Below, piece after piece: positions 60,411 to 64,000 of a stretch of DNA of 64,000 nucleotides. The notes beneath the pieces are model-generated. The model had not been told where the DNA came from, made no database searches, and saw only the letters and a list, made by a program, of their open reading frames with translations. Source of the stretch: Macrostomum lignano (taxonomy: Eukaryota); NCBI GenBank assembly GCA_002269645.1, contig NIVC01000521.1, positions 372,001 through 436,000 on the forward strand, in the 5' to 3' direction. Each line of letters begins with the position of its first letter. The first letter of the stretch is position 1. Made by a program: the position numbers and the translations under genes.

Positions 60411-61074
60411 AGATAATTTCCTCGCTCTGAGGTCGCATTTCTGAGAGTCGAAATGCCAAACCAGACGGCACCATCTCGCTCCAGCAGTTTGTGGCGCGGT
60501 GATTTACCTGGGAGGCGGGACCGCTGCCGCCCCCCCCCCTACCCTCCGAGGTGAGCTGCTCTGCTTTTTTTAACACACTCAAGAAATTTCCTCGCACAAG
60601 AGAATTAAACAATAGCTGAATAAAGGCTTCTTAACAGCTTGTTCTATTCTAAAGATGGACATTCAACGATGGTCGGCCTTTCTGGAGAGGCTGAACTTCG
60701 CGCGAAATAAATTAGTGAAGAGAAAATGCCGAAGAAACAAAGGAAAGAAGCAAGTGGAATAGAGGAGAGGACAATGCACAGAAAGAGGCAAAAAACCTGT
60801 ACGAGTCGCTTAAAGTTCCTTCAGAGATGCATGAATGCTGCCCGCTGCCACTGGAGTCGCGAGGGTGTCAAGGTTTTTCTAACACCTCAAGCCACGGGAT
60901 GCTGCATTCTTTGTGAGGGCGTCCTGTTGGACACCCGCTGTCTTTTAGCGCTTCATCAATGCGCCCAGCTTCTTCTTTCTTTGGCCCGGAGTCTCGGCTT
61001 TCCTTTTTTGGCCTCAGAGTTCTTTGGGTGGAGAACCCAGCGGGGGTTGAAATGAAAGGCGGCAGGGGTGTGGG

Positions 61075-61868
61075 AATTCTATTCCTTCCATATTGGCTAG
61101 ATTAGCAATCAATTCTATTCCTTCCATATTGGCTAGATTAGCAATCCATTCTATTCCTTCCATATTGGCTAGATTAGCAATCCATTCTATTCCTTCCATA
61201 TTGGCTAGATTAGCAATCCATTCTATTCCTTCCATATTGGCTAGATTAGCAATCAATTCTATTCCTTCCATATTGGCTAGATTAGCAATCCATTCTATTC
61301 CTTCCATATTGGCTAGACTAGCAATCCATTGTATCCCTTCCATATTGGATAGACTAGCAATCCATTATATCCATTCCATATTGGATAGACTAGCAATCCA
61401 TTGTATCCCTTCCATATTGGATAGACTAGCAATCCATTATATCCATTCCATATTGGATAGACTAGCAATCCATTAGATTCATTCCATATTGGATGGACTA
61501 GCAATCCATTATATTCATTCCATATTGGATAGACTAGCAATCCATTCTATTCCTACCATATTGGCTAGATTAGCAATCCATTCTATTCCTACCATATTGG
61601 CTAGATTAGCAATCCATTCTATTCCTTCCATATTGGCTAGATTAGCAATCCATTCTATTCCTACCATATTGGCTAGATTAGCAATCCATTCTATTCCTTC
61701 CATATTGGCTAGATTAGCAATCCATTCTATTCCTTCCATATTGGCTAGATTAGCAATCCATTCTATTCCTTCCATATTGGCTAGATTAGCAATCCATTAT
61801 ATCCCTTCCATATTGGATAGACTAGCAATCCATTATATCCCTTCCATATTGGCTAGATTAGCAATCCA
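61075..61868. repeat. 36-bp minisatellite (ctattccttccatattggctagattagcaatccatt), ~22 copies
   Basis: Direct periodicity. Confidence 0.95.
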
Positions 61869-62589
61869 GTTTTTAGCGCTCAGCATTAGCCAAGAACCAG
61901 CATCTCAGCTGTTGTTAGCTACCATTTATTCAAAAAAGACAATTTAAACACAACCGAGTCGAAAAAAGAGCCACAGAAACACTCGAGTTGTGTCCATCGC
62001 AACACAGTCAGCTTCTGCATGGCTGTCAGTCAGAATCCACTTGTTAAGCAATAGAAAAACTTGTCAGCAAGTCCTGTTGTGTCAGTTCCACTGGGTAGAA
62101 TTAGAAAAAACGAACAACAACAGGGATATTGCGGACTGGACAGAGATTGGCGTGACACCTTTGACAGTACACAGGTGAAACACCCAGCGAAACGCCTGTA
62201 AAGTTGATATAACGTTTGCTTGCTTCAAGCAAGTGGATTGATTGCCTTCAATTTGTTTGTTAAGAGCAAACGTCTGTCAAGTAATGCTAACTTCACGCCC
62301 GGCTCCTTGTGTTAACCAGGGCTTTTTCTATTGCACAAACACAATTCACTTAATAGGCAAAGGTGAGAGTGAGAGTGGAAAGAAGCGCACAGGAGGCTGG
62401 TTTAAGAAGCTACATCAGCCAAACGCTGAAGCCATGGATACCAAGCTGAGCTGAAGTTCGATATTAATTTTAGGATACGGCCAATAGGCAGTGCAGGTGT
62501 AATTGCGGCCGGAATTTATTTAGTGTGACGCTTCACCCCGTTAAAAAAAGTTTCCTATTTTAATAACTATTATTTTGGCGCCTTAAAGT

Positions 62590-62845
62590 CTCATTTTAGC
62601 GCCGCAACAACTCATTTTGGCGCCTCACACAACTCACTCATTTTGGCGCCTCACACAACTCACTCATTTTAGTGCCTCACACAACTCACTCATTTTAGCG
62701 CCTCACACAACTCACTCATTTTAGTGCCTCACACAACTCACTCATTTTAGTGCCTCACACAACTCACTCATTTTAGTGCCTCACACAACTCACTCATTTT
62801 AGCGCCTCACACAATTCGCTCATTTTAGCGCCTCACACAACTTAG
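62590..62845. repeat. 26-bp minisatellite (cctcacacaactcactcattttagtg)
   Basis: Direct periodicity. Confidence 0.9.
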
Positions 62846-63559
62846 CCCCTCAGCCGATCACTAATTGACCTCATAATGCTTAGTTGCTCAAATACATAAT
62901 TATTCCCATATCAGGACTCGAAGAACTCGTGAAGGAAGTTCTGGTCTCCCTTCCTCCCCAAAGTCGAAAAATTGAAAGTTTTTGCATCAACGCTACAAAA
63001 ATCTACAACACAGAGAAGCTGCCGCGGCTCCTTGCCCAAACCCCCGGGGCCGGTGAAGCTGATGAAGATTAGAGAGGGGCGGACAGTTTTGTAGGCTCAT
63101 CTAAACTCTCAACTCGTGCAACAGTTTACAAATTAGCAGGCAGAAATTGGGGCCGCCTCATTAATAATTCATGCAGCTCAACCCCCGGCCCGCAGGCGAA
63201 TAAGGGAATTGATGATGTTAAACTGCTTTTCACTTCTTCTTCTTCTTCTTCTTCAATTTTCCGCTTCTCAATCCGCTACATTGCGGCAGCGCATTGGGAT
63301 AAACACAAAAATAATATACCTTGTAGTAGCAGAAGTTTTTCAGCTAAAATACTCCTAATAAGCCGTCTTGAATTGGGCAGGCACGAATATTGCAATGCGG
63401 TTGCTGGGGAGACAACTGGGGTGTTATTGGAATGCAACCATAGGATTCGAATCTAGTGAGAAAGTCTTTGTGCATTTTTCTGCTCCTTGTAGCATTTATA
63501 GAGCGAAAACTAGTATTGAATGTAGTAGCTTATGGCAGATAGTAGAGTGCCTATGAAGG

Positions 63560-64000
63560 AAGCAGAGTGGGTAGAAGTAGAGTGGGTAGAATAAGTGTGG
63601 GTAAGAAGCAGAGTGGGTAGAAGTAGAATGGGTAGAAGTTGATTGGGTAGAAGTAGAGTGGGTAGAAGTTGATTGGGTTGGAGTAGAGTGGGTAGAAGTT
63701 GATTGTGTAGAAGTAGAGTGGGTAGAAGTTGATTGTGTAGAAGTAGAGTGGATAGAAGTTGATTGGGTAGAAGCAGAGTGGGTAGAAGCAGAGTGGGTAG
63801 AAGCAGAGTGGGTAGAAGCAGAGTGGGTAGAAGTAGAGTGGGTAGAATAAGTGTGGGTAAGAAGCAGAGTCGGTAGAAGTAGAGTGGGTAGAAGTTGATT
63901 GGGTAGAATAAGTGTGGGTAAGAAGCAGAGTCGGTAGAAGCAGAGTGGGTAGAAGTAGAGTGGGTAGAATAAGTGTGAGTAAGAAGCAGAGTCGGTAGAA
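63560..64000. repeat. 15-bp minisatellite (gagtgggtagaagca), running off the window
   Basis: Direct periodicity. Confidence 0.92.

Noticed and set aside
59976-61947. (LSDCSLA)n, (ILARLAIHSIPS)n and (MEGIEWIANLAN)n ORFs
   Set aside because: Translations of the 21-bp and 36-bp satellites.

Overview
Eukaryotic (metazoan, probably invertebrate) genomic DNA, not prokaryotic: it has spliceosomal introns, Ala/Gln-rich transcription-factor exons and very dense minisatellites. A free-living flatworm such as Macrostomum is a guess from sequence style only. (1) 1-21 kb is an intron-poor, immune-looking cluster. It holds a 5'-truncated very large inducible GTPase (VLIG/GVIN1-like), three related ankyrin units (one ending in a coiled coil and glycine zipper), an antisense orphan gene, a cryptic SAP-domain exon missed by the ORF track, LINE fragments and MITEs. 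(2) 22.4-35.7 kb (minus strand) is a complete 15-exon P5B-ATPase (ATP13A2/3-like, 1254 aa by hand splicing). Every long intron carries a tandem array, one intron is GC-AG, and an inverted repeat brackets the last exon. (3) 36-47 kb is non-coding DNA with a clean hAT-type MITE, a foldback element and satellites. (4) 47.3-54.1 kb (plus strand) is a 5-exon Gfi1/senseless zinc-finger gene. Its second intron holds an intact DD34D mariner inserted into a repeat whose empty-site copy lies at 18.5-19.4 kb. (5) 55-64 kb is mostly satellites and probable regulatory DNA. No rRNA, tRNA or CRISPR array is supported. All assignments come from reading motifs and splice phases by eye; no database search was run.
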